This document shows positions 42,004 through 51,132 of a stretch of DNA of 64,000 nucleotides, in pieces; within the stretch, counting starts at the first letter, position 1, and each line of letters opens with the position of its first letter. This DNA is from Alphaproteobacteria bacterium. Its GTDB lineage: Bacteria > Pseudomonadota > Alphaproteobacteria > CAISOG01. The translations under genes and the position numbers were made by a program. Below the pieces are notes generated by a model, which worked only from the letters and a program-made list of their open reading frames with translations, did no database searches and was not told the DNA's origin. Location of the stretch: positions 141 through 64,140 of the forward strand of contig JBIJBF010000008.1 of NCBI GenBank assembly GCA_044345375.1, read 5' to 3'.

Positions 42004-42507
42004 ATGAAAAAACTTTTTTCTAAAGGCTTCGTGCAGACTTTGGCTCTGACCGTTAGCGTTGTGGCCTTGTCTTCTTCTTTGGCTTCTGCTGTGAACACCG
42101 TTTCTGCTACCAGCAAAATTAACGCCAATATCTTGGAAATCGTTTCCTTGACCGCGATCAACGATGTGAATTTTACCGACATTGTTAAGCCTTTGACCGG
42201 TACAGCCAGCTACACCATCAACCCTAATGGCACTTTTGCGACCACTGGTGGTGGGGTTTTTGCTGGCATACCAGCGGCTGGTAAATTGCAAATCAAAGGG
42301 CCAAACAGCTTGGCTGTTACCTACAGCAACACCAAATCTGCTTGCAGCAAAACCGGTGTAACCTTGACAACTTTGAACACCACTTCTGCGCCTGCAACCT
42401 TGAACAACACCAATCAACAATTCCCAGTTGGTGCAACCATTACCGTTACCAGCGCAGCTGCTGCTGGTGCTGTAACCTGCAACTTCACCGTGTCGGCTTC
42501 TTACTAA
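42004..42507 (+). CDS. Secreted DUF4402/pilin-like protein, paralog 2
   Basis: MKK signal peptide, TDIVKP, CSKTGV, FPVGATI, CNFTVSASY; Thr/Ala/Ser-rich. Confidence 0.7.
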   Translation: MKKLFSKGFVQTLALTVSVVALSSSLASAVNTVSATSKINANILEIVSLTAINDVNFTDIVKPLTGTASYTINPNGTFATTGGGVFAGIPAAGKLQIKGPNSLAVTYSNTKSACSKTGVTLTTLNTTSAPATLNNTNQQFPVGATITVTSAAAAGAVTCNFTVSASY

Positions 42508-42559
42508 TACGGTTTAGCGATATAGCGGCTTAATTTTATCAGTCGCCTTGTCAATTTAG

Positions 42560-42603
42560 CCCCCAAGACCTTTCTTTTTTTTGGATCGGTTTTGGGGGTT
42601 TTT
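42560..42603 (+). terminator. Putative intrinsic terminator
   Basis: CCCCCAAGACC...GGTTTTGGGGG stem followed by T-run; loop is long (17 nt). Confidence 0.4.
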
Positions 42604-42727
42604 GTTTGGCGATCAAATTCATGTTGCGAGCGCGAATACCGCTCTGGCCTCTGCGTGCGCAACATGCTAAACAGCGCTTAGCTGGTTGCAGCTCCCCCCA
42701 TTTTTCTGACCGCTTAGGGTTTTTCTT

Positions 42728-45700
42728 ATGTCCAAAAATGCTTTGTTGCCGATTGAATTGCCAATTTCTAACTTGGTTGCCGTGGATGAATGTGTGGCGT
42801 TGTTGCCAGATCCTGCAAGTTTGGGGCTAAAGGATTGGGATTGGTCAAAGCTGGCGGGGTTGTTCTATCAACATCTTAGCCCGGCCGATTGGCATTACCT
42901 GCAACCCGCGGATCGGGCGGATGCCCTGCTGAAAATCTTGGATTTGGCCGTGCAGCGATCCACCGCTGCGCCAAGCTTGCGGTTCAGGGTGCAGGATAAC
43001 CACCTGATTTTTGAAGTCATTAATGATGACATGCCCTTTTTGGTGGATTCGATGACCGCGGTGTTGAACCAGGCAGGCCTTAGCGTGCGCCTGGTGGTGC
43101 ATCCCATTTTGCGGGTTCAGCGTGATGCGAATGGGCGGTTGTTGCAGGTGCAGGAACCGCTTGAGCAGGGGAATGCCGCCACCGATCGGCTGGAGTCTTG
43201 GCAGCAATTCTACCTGAACGGCGTCTTAAGCCCCGCTGAGGTAGGGCCGCTGACGCAGAAAATTACCAAAACTTTGCAAGATATTCGCCAGACGGTTGAG
43301 GATTGGCAGGGAATGCGTGATCGTCTGAACGATGTCCGTGCGCGTCTGCAAAGCAGCGCGGGTCGATCGGTTGAGGAGTTGCAGGAGCTGGATGCCTTTC
43401 TGGCTTGGTTGGATGATGGCCATTTCACCTTTTTGGGCTACCGCACGCTGACCTATCAACCCAGCCAGCATGGGCAGAACCAGCAGCAAGAGATTGAGGA
43501 GCGGTTATCGGTGGTGGGCGGCAGCGGGTTAGGCCTGCTGCGCGATGACGGCGTTACCCTGTTTGCCGGCGCCCGTCGACTGGCACAAATGCCGGTTAAG
43601 GCGCGGGAATTTTTGCTGTACGGCGGGCCGTTGTCGGTTACCAAAACCAGCCAGCTATCGCCGGTGCATCGCCCGGTATTGATGGATGCGATCGGTATTC
43701 GTTTTTACGACCAGGCGGGTGAGCTGCAGGAATTGTGCTGGTTTATTGGCCTGTACACCTCAGCCGCCTATGTGCAATCCATCCGCGATATTCCGGTGCT
43801 GCGGCAAAAAATTGCGCGCATTTTTGTGCAAAGCGGCTTTTTGCCGCAAAGCCACAACGCCAAGGCGCTGATCCATATTCTTGAGACCTTGCCGCGGGAT
43901 GAGCTGCTGCAAATGGACGATCAATCCCTGTACCGCTTGGCGATGAACGTGCTGTACCTGCAAGATCGCCAGAGTTTGGCGCTGTTTGTGCGTTACGACG
44001 CGCTGTATCGCTTTGCCAGCTGCATCATCTATTTGCCGCGCCCTGCCTATAACACCGCGTTGGAGCAGCGCTTGGTTAAGCATTTGGGCGAGCGTTTTGG
44101 TGGCCAACCGCAACAATTGTTGGTGCAGGCTGGCGATTCCGCCCTGATGCGCCTGCATCTGGTGGTGCGCGCTGACAGCGGGCAGCTGCAAGAACCCGAT
44201 GTTGAGCTGTTGGAACAGGAGCTGCAGGCGCTGTCACAAAGCTGGCAGGAACGCCTGGAACTGTTGATTCAGCGCGATGTGCCGGCTTTGTTGGGCTCCT
44301 ATACCGCCACCCTAAAAGATGGTTTCAGCCTGAGCTATCAGGAGCGCTTTACGCCTGAGGAGGCGGTGGGGGAGATTCCGCACCTGCTGGCGCTTAGCCA
44401 GGAGCAGGATCTGCTGATCAAACTCGACACCAACCTGCTGCCCAGCAGCACGGAACGCGAACAGCGGGTGAAGCTGAAACTGTTTCAGCATGCATCCCCC
44501 GTCGCCTTGGCGGATATTACGCCGCTGTTGGATCGCATGGGGATCCGCCTGATCAACGAAAACCCCTTCCGCTTTGTGGTGCGTCATGTGGGGGATGATG
44601 GCGCCATGGGGCAAAGCCTGCTTTTCCTGAACGACATCACGGTCGCTTTCCCCGCCCATATTGCCCTTGATAGGGATCTGGCGGATCGCTTGACCGCGTT
44701 GCTGCATGATTTGTGGCACCATCGGGTGGAAAATGACCCGCTGAATCAGTTGGTGATGACCGCTGGCTTGACGGGGCGTGAGGTGACGGTGCTGCGCGCC
44801 TATCTGAAATGGTTTAAACAATTGGGCGCCGCCTATAACGAACCCTATGTGCAGGAAGGCCTGTTGGCGATGCCGCAGGTGGCGGTGCATTTTGTTAAGG
44901 CCTTTCACGCGCGCTTTGATCCCAACGCGGTCAACCTGCCGCTGGTGCGCAACCAAATCAGCCTGCTGCATCAGGTGTTGGGTGAGCAGGCCAGCCGCGA
45001 GCAGGAAAGGGTGTTGCGCTGTTTGGCCGAATTGCTGCAGGCAACCGTGCGCACCAATTGCTATCAAACCACCGATGATGGCCAGGCCAAACCCTATTTA
45101 AGCCTAAAAATTCTGGGGTCGGCGTTGGAATGGTTGCCGATTCCCCATCCCTTTGCCGAAATCTTTGTCTACAGCCCGGTGATGGAGGGGGTTCACTTGC
45201 GGGGTGGGCGCACCGCGCGCGGCGGTATCCGCTGGTCAGATCGGCGCGAGGATTTCCGGCAGGAGGTGTTGGGGCTGGTCAAGGCGCAGGTGGTCAAAAA
45301 CGTGGTGATCGTGCCGGTTGGCGCCAAGGGTGGTTTCGTGCTGAAAACCACGCCGGCTGAGCATGAAAGCCTGGCCGATTTGGGCAAGCAGGCCTATGAC
45401 CTGCTGATTCGTGGCATGCTGGACATCACCGACAATCTGGTGGGTGGGCAGGTGGTGCCGCCGCCCTTGGTGGTGCGTCATGATGAGGACGACACCTATC
45501 TGGTGGTGGCAGCGGATAAGGGCACGGCCACCTTCTCAGACCGTGCCAACGCGATCGCGGCGGAATACGGCTTTTGGCTGGGCGATGCCTTTGCCTCAGG
45601 CGGCAGCAAGGGCTATGACCACAAAAAACTGGGCATTACATCCCGTGGAGCGTGGGAGGCGGTCAAACGGCACTTCCGTGATATGGGGCGCAATGCGGAG

Positions 45701-47596
45701 TCTGAGGAGTTGACGGTGGTGGGTGTCGGCGACATGTCGGGCGATGTGTTTGGCAACGGCCTGCTGTTGTCAAAAAACATCAAGCTGGTGGCGGCCTTTA
45801 ACCATCAGCATATTTTTCTGGATCCCAATCCCGATCCGGCCAGCAGCTGGGTTGAGCGCAAACGGCTGTTCGATCTGCCGCGTTCGGGGTGGAATGACTA
45901 CAACAGCGCCAAATTGTCGGATGGCGGCCAGGTGATCAACCGTTCGACCAAAAATGTGCAGCTGCAGCCAGCGGTGGCGGAATGGCTTGGTCTGCCCGCC
46001 AGCGGTGTGGGGCCGGACGATCTGATCCAGGCCCTGCTGAAGCTGCCGGTCGATCTGCTGTGGCTGGGCGGCATTGGCACCTATGTGAAGGGGGCAGACG
46101 AAACCCACATGGCGGTTGCCGACAGCGTCAACGACAACCTGCGGATTGATGGCTATCAGCTGGGCGCCAAGGTGGTGGGGGAGGGGGCCAACATGGGCGT
46201 CACCCAGGCGGCTCGAACCGAATACGCCCTGGCTGGTGGCCGCATCAACGCCGATTTTATTGATAACTCCGCGGGGGTGGACTGTTCCGACCATGAGGTC
46301 AATTTGAAGATCTTGTTCAGCCAGGCGATTGAAAGCGGCAAAATTTCTTTGGAAGAACGGGATCGTTTGTTCGGTGAGCTCAGCGATGAGGTGGTCACGC
46401 TGATCCTGCGCAACAACCGCCTGCAAAATCTGGCGTTGTCGATGATGGAGCGGCAAGCTTACGCTTTGCTGGATCAACACGCCAAGCTGATCCGCCGGTT
46501 GGAGCAGGAGGGGGTGTTAAACCGCCAGGCCAACCGCTTGCCCAGTGATGAGCAGTTGCAGGAGCGGGCGTTGCGGGGGCAGGGGCTGACCCGACCTGAA
46601 TTGGCGGTGGTGATGGCGCATGCCAAGATTGCCCTGCGCGAACGCCTGCGCGACAGCAACGCCAATGCGGACGATCGCCGCAGCCTGATCAAAAACCTGA
46701 CCCATTATTTCCCCAAAGCGGTGCGGGAGGGCTTTGCTGAGGAGATTGCCCAACACCCGCTTAGCCAGGAAATTGATCTGATGCTGTTGACCAACAGCTT
46801 GGTCAACCGACTGGGCCTGCATTCGGTGGATCAATTGCAGGATGCCACCACCGCCGATATCGCCGATGTGGCGGCGGGTTATGTGCTGGTGCGGGAAACT
46901 TTTGGCCTGCATCGCTGCTGGGATGCCCTGTTGCAATTGGATGGCAAGGTCGAAACCGACAGCTTGTTGGATCAGTTGCAGAATTTGGCCAATCTGGTTG
47001 AGCAAAATTGTTGGTGGTGGTTGCTGTCCGCGGTGAATGATGGGGGCGGCGAAACTTTTTCGGTGGCCAATCAACTGGCCTATGCTGAGGTGATGGGCGC
47101 CCTGCCTGAGTTGCTTAGCGCGGATCGATGGGAGGTTTTGGTGGCGGAGAAAGATGCCTTGATCGCCGCTGGGTTTCCGGTTGAGGATGCCACGGTTTTA
47201 AGCTCAATCCAGCTGTGGCACAGCGGGCTGATGGTGTTGCATGAATCGCGGCGGCTGGGTCTGCCGATTACCGATGGCTGCCGCCTGCGTTGGCAGCTTG
47301 AGGATCGTTTGCAGCTGCATGTTTTGGAGGCGGGGTTGGCCAAGCTGCCCCTGCGTTCGGTTTGGGAAAAACGGGCGGCGGATGCCCTGCGCCGCAGCAT
47401 TCGGATGCTGGATAGCCAGTTGACGGAGAATCTGTTGCGCACCGCCGTCACCCGTGGCACCGCCGATTCCTGGTGGCAGGCTCATGAGATCAGGCTGCAT
47501 CAGCATGCGGTGATGTTGCAAGAATTGCATGCGCAGCCCGCCACCGATTTGGCGCCCTATGTGACGATGGTTGAGAATTTGCGGGGGCTGCAATAA
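42728..47596 (+). CDS. gdhB: Large NAD-specific glutamate dehydrogenase
   Basis: DDMPFLVDS, ARGGIRWSDR, IVPVGAKGGF, YLVVAADKGTATFSD, GDMSGDVFGNG, DNSAGVDCSDHEVN. Confidence 0.96.
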   Translation: MSKNALLPIELPISNLVAVDECVALLPDPASLGLKDWDWSKLAGLFYQHLSPADWHYLQPADRADALLKILDLAVQRSTAAPSLRFRVQDNHLIFEVINDDMPFLVDSMTAVLNQAGLSVRLVVHPILRVQRDANGRLLQVQEPLEQGNAATDRLESWQQFYLNGVLSPAEVGPLTQKITKTLQDIRQTVEDWQGMRDRLNDVRARLQSSAGRSVEELQELDAFLAWLDDGHFTFLGYRTLTYQPSQHGQNQQQEIEERLSVVGGSGLGLLRDDGVTLFAGARRLAQMPVKAREFLLYGGPLSVTKTSQLSPVHRPVLMDAIGIRFYDQAGELQELCWFIGLYTSAAYVQSIRDIPVLRQKIARIFVQSGFLPQSHNAKALIHILETLPRDELLQMDDQSLYRLAMNVLYLQDRQSLALFVRYDALYRFASCIIYLPRPAYNTALEQRLVKHLGERFGGQPQQLLVQAGDSALMRLHLVVRADSGQLQEPDVELLEQELQALSQSWQERLELLIQRDVPALLGSYTATLKDGFSLSYQERFTPEEAVGEIPHLLALSQEQDLLIKLDTNLLPSSTEREQRVKLKLFQHASPVALADITPLLDRMGIRLINENPFRFVVRHVGDDGAMGQSLLFLNDITVAFPAHIALDRDLADRLTALLHDLWHHRVENDPLNQLVMTAGLTGREVTVLRAYLKWFKQLGAAYNEPYVQEGLLAMPQVAVHFVKAFHARFDPNAVNLPLVRNQISLLHQVLGEQASREQERVLRCLAELLQATVRTNCYQTTDDGQAKPYLSLKILGSALEWLPIPHPFAEIFVYSPVMEGVHLRGGRTARGGIRWSDRREDFRQEVLGLVKAQVVKNVVIVPVGAKGGFVLKTTPAEHESLADLGKQAYDLLIRGMLDITDNLVGGQVVPPPLVVRHDEDDTYLVVAADKGTATFSDRANAIAAEYGFWLGDAFASGGSKGYDHKKLGITSRGAWEAVKRHFRDMGRNAESEELTVVGVGDMSGDVFGNGLLLSKNIKLVAAFNHQHIFLDPNPDPASSWVERKRLFDLPRSGWNDYNSAKLSDGGQVINRSTKNVQLQPAVAEWLGLPASGVGPDDLIQALLKLPVDLLWLGGIGTYVKGADETHMAVADSVNDNLRIDGYQLGAKVVGEGANMGVTQAARTEYALAGGRINADFIDNSAGVDCSDHEVNLKILFSQAIESGKISLEERDRLFGELSDEVVTLILRNNRLQNLALSMMERQAYALLDQHAKLIRRLEQEGVLNRQANRLPSDEQLQERALRGQGLTRPELAVVMAHAKIALRERLRDSNANADDRRSLIKNLTHYFPKAVREGFAEEIAQHPLSQEIDLMLLTNSLVNRLGLHSVDQLQDATTADIADVAAGYVLVRETFGLHRCWDALLQLDGKVETDSLLDQLQNLANLVEQNCWWWLLSAVNDGGGETFSVANQLAYAEVMGALPELLSADRWEVLVAEKDALIAAGFPVEDATVLSSIQLWHSGLMVLHESRRLGLPITDGCRLRWQLEDRLQLHVLEAGLAKLPLRSVWEKRAADALRRSIRMLDSQLTENLLRTAVTRGTADSWWQAHEIRLHQHAVMLQELHAQPATDLAPYVTMVENLRGLQ

Positions 47597-47675
47597 GGAT
47601 ATTTTGTTCTGGTGTTGCCATACAAATTCCCTTATATTGATAGTTCGTGTTTTCTCTAGGATCGTAAAGCTGCAG

Positions 47676-48344
47676 ATGACCTATCACCCCGTTTTCCGCC
47701 TGGGCGACTACACCCTGCGTCCACCCAAAAATGAGGCTGAGGTGGTGGCCTTGCAAGCACTTGATTTCCAGTTGTATGGGGAAATGGGGTGGTCTCTTGA
47801 AGTTGTGAAAGAGTGGTTCGACCGTTTTGCCTATGGCCCACTTTGTTTGTTTTACGATGGAAAACTGGTCGCTGGGTTTAGCATGTGGCCATTGCAGTCA
47901 GAGGATATCAACGCCATTGCCGCGGATGAGGTTGAGGAGTCGGCGGTTCGGCCGGTGCGGCTAAGCCATCTGCTGAACAATGGTGGTCATGGCGATTGGT
48001 ATATTACCGGTATCTTTGTATTGCCCAACCACCGCGATCACCAAACCCGCCGCTGTTTCTCGCAAATGATCTGCATGGCGTTGAACAACATGGCGGATAG
48101 TGGTTTGATCCGTTTCCCCGCCCAAATCTCCGCGGTGGGGTACAGCCCTGAGGGGCAGCAATTGCTGGAGCATGTAGGCCTGCGGCATGATCCATCCGCC
48201 AAGGTCGATTGGGGCAAATTCTACCGCCACGCGATGCCAACCCGCAACGACTTTTTCTGGCCAAACATCCGCACCACCGGGGTTGAACAGCTGGTGGAGC
48301 CGTTGTTAACCGAAAACCTGACCGAACGAAAGCACGCCTCATGA
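47676..48344 (+). CDS. GNAT-fold-like hypothetical protein, tandem copy 1
   Basis: Start MTYHPVF by comparison with the next ORF; MWPL, DWYIT, GYSPEGQQLLEHVGL. Confidence 0.7.
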   Translation: MTYHPVFRLGDYTLRPPKNEAEVVALQALDFQLYGEMGWSLEVVKEWFDRFAYGPLCLFYDGKLVAGFSMWPLQSEDINAIAADEVEESAVRPVRLSHLLNNGGHGDWYITGIFVLPNHRDHQTRRCFSQMICMALNNMADSGLIRFPAQISAVGYSPEGQQLLEHVGLRHDPSAKVDWGKFYRHAMPTRNDFFWPNIRTTGVEQLVEPLLTENLTERKHAS

Positions 48345-48979
48345 GCTATCACCCCGTTTTTCGTATGCAAGAGTACACCCTGTGCCCGCCACGATCCCAC
48401 GAGGAGGTGGTGGTTTTAAACGCTACCGGCAGATCGCTTTACAACGAGGCAAGTTGGCCATTAGAGACTTTGAGCGATTGGTTTGATCGTTTTGCCTATG
48501 GCCCACTTTGTCTGTTCCATCATCAGAAGCTGATAGGAAATTTTGGCATGTGGCCGCTGCAAGCAGCCGATATTGAGGCCATTGCCGCGGATGAGGTTGA
48601 GGAGTCGGCGGTGCGGCCGATACGGCTAAGCCATTTGCTGAACAACGGCGGTCATAGCGATTGGTACATTACCAGCCTGATGCTGCTGCCCGAACACCGC
48701 GATCACCAAACCCGCCGCTGTTTCTCGCAAATGATTTGCATGGCGTTGAACAACATGGCCGATAGTGGTTTGATCCGTTTCCCCGCCCAAGTCTCCGCGG
48801 TTGGCTATAGTCCTGAGGGGCAACAATTGCTGGAGCATGTAGGCCTGCGGCATGATCCGTCAGCCAAAACCACCTGGGGCAAATTTTACCGCCACGCGAT
48901 GCCCACCCGCAACGACTTTTTCTGGCCGAATATCCGCACCACGGGGGTTGAGCAGTTGGTGGAGCCGTTAACCGATTAA
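48341..48979 (+). CDS. GNAT-fold-like hypothetical protein, tandem copy 2
   Basis: C-terminal half almost identical to copy 1; ATGA overlap. Confidence 0.7.
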   Translation: MSYHPVFRMQEYTLCPPRSHEEVVVLNATGRSLYNEASWPLETLSDWFDRFAYGPLCLFHHQKLIGNFGMWPLQAADIEAIAADEVEESAVRPIRLSHLLNNGGHSDWYITSLMLLPEHRDHQTRRCFSQMICMALNNMADSGLIRFPAQVSAVGYSPEGQQLLEHVGLRHDPSAKTTWGKFYRHAMPTRNDFFWPNIRTTGVEQLVEPLTD

Positions 48980-50175
48980 CCCTGTTGCAGATGCGTCAAC
49001 AGCCGTTCCATAAAGCGGTCGCATTGCTGAAGCTGGTCCAGCGCCACCCATTCATTGGCCTGGTGGGCTTGGTCGATGCTGCCCGGGCCGCAGATCACGA
49101 TCGGGATGCCGGCCTGCTGAAACACCCCGCCCTCGGTGCAATAGGCCACCACCTGGCGCTGGTTATGACCGGTTAGCTGCGCGGCCAGCTCAGCCGCTGG
49201 GTTATTGGCCGTGGGTTTCAGGGCAAAATGCGCCTCGTGCAGATGGTTTTCGGCGCGAAAGGCTGGGTGAATCTTCTGCCAGCGCGGCATCAGATCATGT
49301 TGCAGCCAGTGGTCAAAGCGCGCCGCGTAATCCTGCCAATCATCGCTGGGCTCGGTGCGCATTTGCCAGATCAGGCTGGCCCTGGGTGCGGTGATGTTGT
49401 GGGCGGTGCCGCCGGTCAGCACGCCCAAATTAAAGGTGGTATAGGGCGGGTCAAAGCGCGATCCGGCAATTGGGTTGGCGGCCGCCTGAACCGCCATCTG
49501 GTCGATAAATTGCAGCACCTCAGCTATCGGCAGCAGGGCGTTGGCGCCCAACATCGGGTTGCTGGAATGCGCGCCAAGACCGTGGATGATGGTTTCGTGG
49601 GTGATGCTGCTTTTGTGCCCCTCAACCACCTGCATGTTGGTGGGTTCACCGATGATAATCGCCGCCGGTTTGGCGGTCATGCCCTGCAAATGCGCCAGAA
49701 ATTCATCGGCGCCGGTCATCAGCGTTTCCTCATCAAAGGTCATCACCACCGCCAACGGCTGTTTCAGCCGGCCAGATTTGGCCGCGGCGCCAAAGGCGGG
49801 GGCTGCCGCCAGCACGCTGGCCAAAAACCCCTTCATGTCGCAGCTGCCCCGGCCATAGGCGCGATCGCCACGCACGGTCAGCGCAAAGGGATCGCTGTCC
49901 CACGCCTGATCCGCCACCGGCACCACATCGCTGTGCCCGGTTAGCATCACCGCGGGTTGGTTGGCATCGCCCGCAATCGCCAGCAAATTGGCCTTGCCGG
50001 AAGATACATCCGCGCCCACGCTGGGCAACAGATGCACCGCAAAGCCAGCCTTGGCCAAATAATCCGCCGCCCACGCAATCAACCCCAGATTCGGCAGATG
50101 CGAGGTGGTGTCAAAGGCCACCAGCTGTTTAAGCAGCTCTAGCGTGGGTGATTTGGTGGATGCTGATGATGGCAT
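48976..50175 (-). CDS. argE: Acetylornithine deacetylase (M20)
   Basis: GHSDVVP, GRGSCDMKGF, DEE, IGEPT, HSS.P, GPGSIDQAHQANE. Confidence 0.93.
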   Translation of the reverse strand: MPSSASTKSPTLELLKQLVAFDTTSHLPNLGLIAWAADYLAKAGFAVHLLPSVGADVSSGKANLLAIAGDANQPAVMLTGHSDVVPVADQAWDSDPFALTVRGDRAYGRGSCDMKGFLASVLAAAPAFGAAAKSGRLKQPLAVVMTFDEETLMTGADEFLAHLQGMTAKPAAIIIGEPTNMQVVEGHKSSITHETIIHGLGAHSSNPMLGANALLPIAEVLQFIDQMAVQAAANPIAGSRFDPPYTTFNLGVLTGGTAHNITAPRASLIWQMRTEPSDDWQDYAARFDHWLQHDLMPRWQKIHPAFRAENHLHEAHFALKPTANNPAAELAAQLTGHNQRQVVAYCTEGGVFQQAGIPIVICGPGSIDQAHQANEWVALDQLQQCDRFMERLLTHLQQG

Positions 50176-50791
50176 TGTGCGCAGCTTCTTTTGGTAAATC
50201 TAACTTATGACGATAGATTAGTGCGGGTTTTGTTAACGCGCTACCCCCATCACCTCGATAGGTTACGCTGCAGGGGGTTGGATACAGCAGAATGCCGCCT
50301 TTTCCTCGTTGAAAACGATTCCCCCCTTCGTTGTTGGGATCTACGGCCGATACCATTGTGGTTCTTTCCCAAAAGGCTGCGGCATGCTCTTTAACCTGTT
50401 TGATCAATAGGCCCCCAAAGCCTGGCGCGTAAATCGCTGCCAACCAGGCATGCTCGCTGAGATCGAGTTTTTGGCCGTTGGGATCTTGGCAGGAAAGGCT
50501 GCAGCTGGCCTGCGCCCGCACAATGCCCACACATTCGCCATTTTTCTGATCAACAACCATCCACGCCGCCGCCTGCGGCCCCAAGGCGCAATGCGCCTGC
50601 CATTGCTGCTCGATGAGCTCTGGCGTCATAAACCGTGCGTACTCGGCGCAGAGCTGGTTAGGGCCCGTACCGTAGGATAGCTGTATTGCGTGATGCTGAA
50701 ATGCCGCGACTTTTGGGATGTCTCCCCAAAGAACGGGTTGCATAACAGCAGAGCTGCCATCCCTAGATGACACCACTTTGATAACAGTCAT
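50129..50791 (-). CDS. Hypothetical protein, weakly GNAT-like
   Basis: 220-aa ORF; CVGIV, LAAIY..GFGGLL, NEGGNRF; 47-bp overlap with argE start. Confidence 0.55.
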   Translation of the reverse strand: MTVIKVVSSRDGSSAVMQPVLWGDIPKVAAFQHHAIQLSYGTGPNQLCAEYARFMTPELIEQQWQAHCALGPQAAAWMVVDQKNGECVGIVRAQASCSLSCQDPNGQKLDLSEHAWLAAIYAPGFGGLLIKQVKEHAAAFWERTTMVSAVDPNNEGGNRFQRGKGGILLYPTPCSVTYRGDGGSALTKPALIYRHKLDLPKEAAHNAIISIHQITHARAA

Positions 50792-50845
50792 AAGAAAAAA
50801 AACCTATCGAAACAACAAAAAAACAGAACCAAAAAGCCGCTGTTC

Positions 50846-50965
50846 TTATCGTCGGAAGGTGGTGGGGCGGGATGGAGCGCCGGCAGGGAAGGGGGCAGGC
50901 GCCAGCATCAAGCCATCCGTTACAGATGTTTGCCCAACATGATACAGGGGTGTGCCGTTTTCCAT
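50846..50965 (-). CDS. Candidate leaderless 39-aa small ORF
   Basis: MENGTPLYHVGQTSVTDGLMLAPAPFPAGAPSRPTTFRR; ATG 7 nt after a TAGGAT -10 box. Confidence 0.25.
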   Translation of the reverse strand: MENGTPLYHVGQTSVTDGLMLAPAPFPAGAPSRPTTFRR

Positions 50966-50983
50966 AGCAACCATCCTACAGAA

Positions 50984-51009
50984 TTTTTGTAACAATGCAA
51001 CAAGTTTTT
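50984..51009 (-). promoter_or_regulatory. Duplicated 26-bp promoter motif, copy 1
   Basis: AAAAACTTGTTGCATTGTTACAAAAA; 25/26 identical to 58017-58042; TTGCAT-N16-TAGGAT. Confidence 0.5.
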
Positions 51010-51132
51010 ATGCCTAACGTGTAATTTTTTCTGCGATCCATGGCTGATGGCGGCACAAGGCATTTGTCAAAAGCCCCTAAGCACCCTATATAGCTATAGA
51101 ACGATCCAATATTTTAGGGGCCAAGGGGTGTG

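Noticed and set aside
47676-48979. Template/variable repeat pair of a diversity-generating retroelement
   Set aside because: Both copies are full ORFs, differences are not adenine-specific, and no RT is nearby
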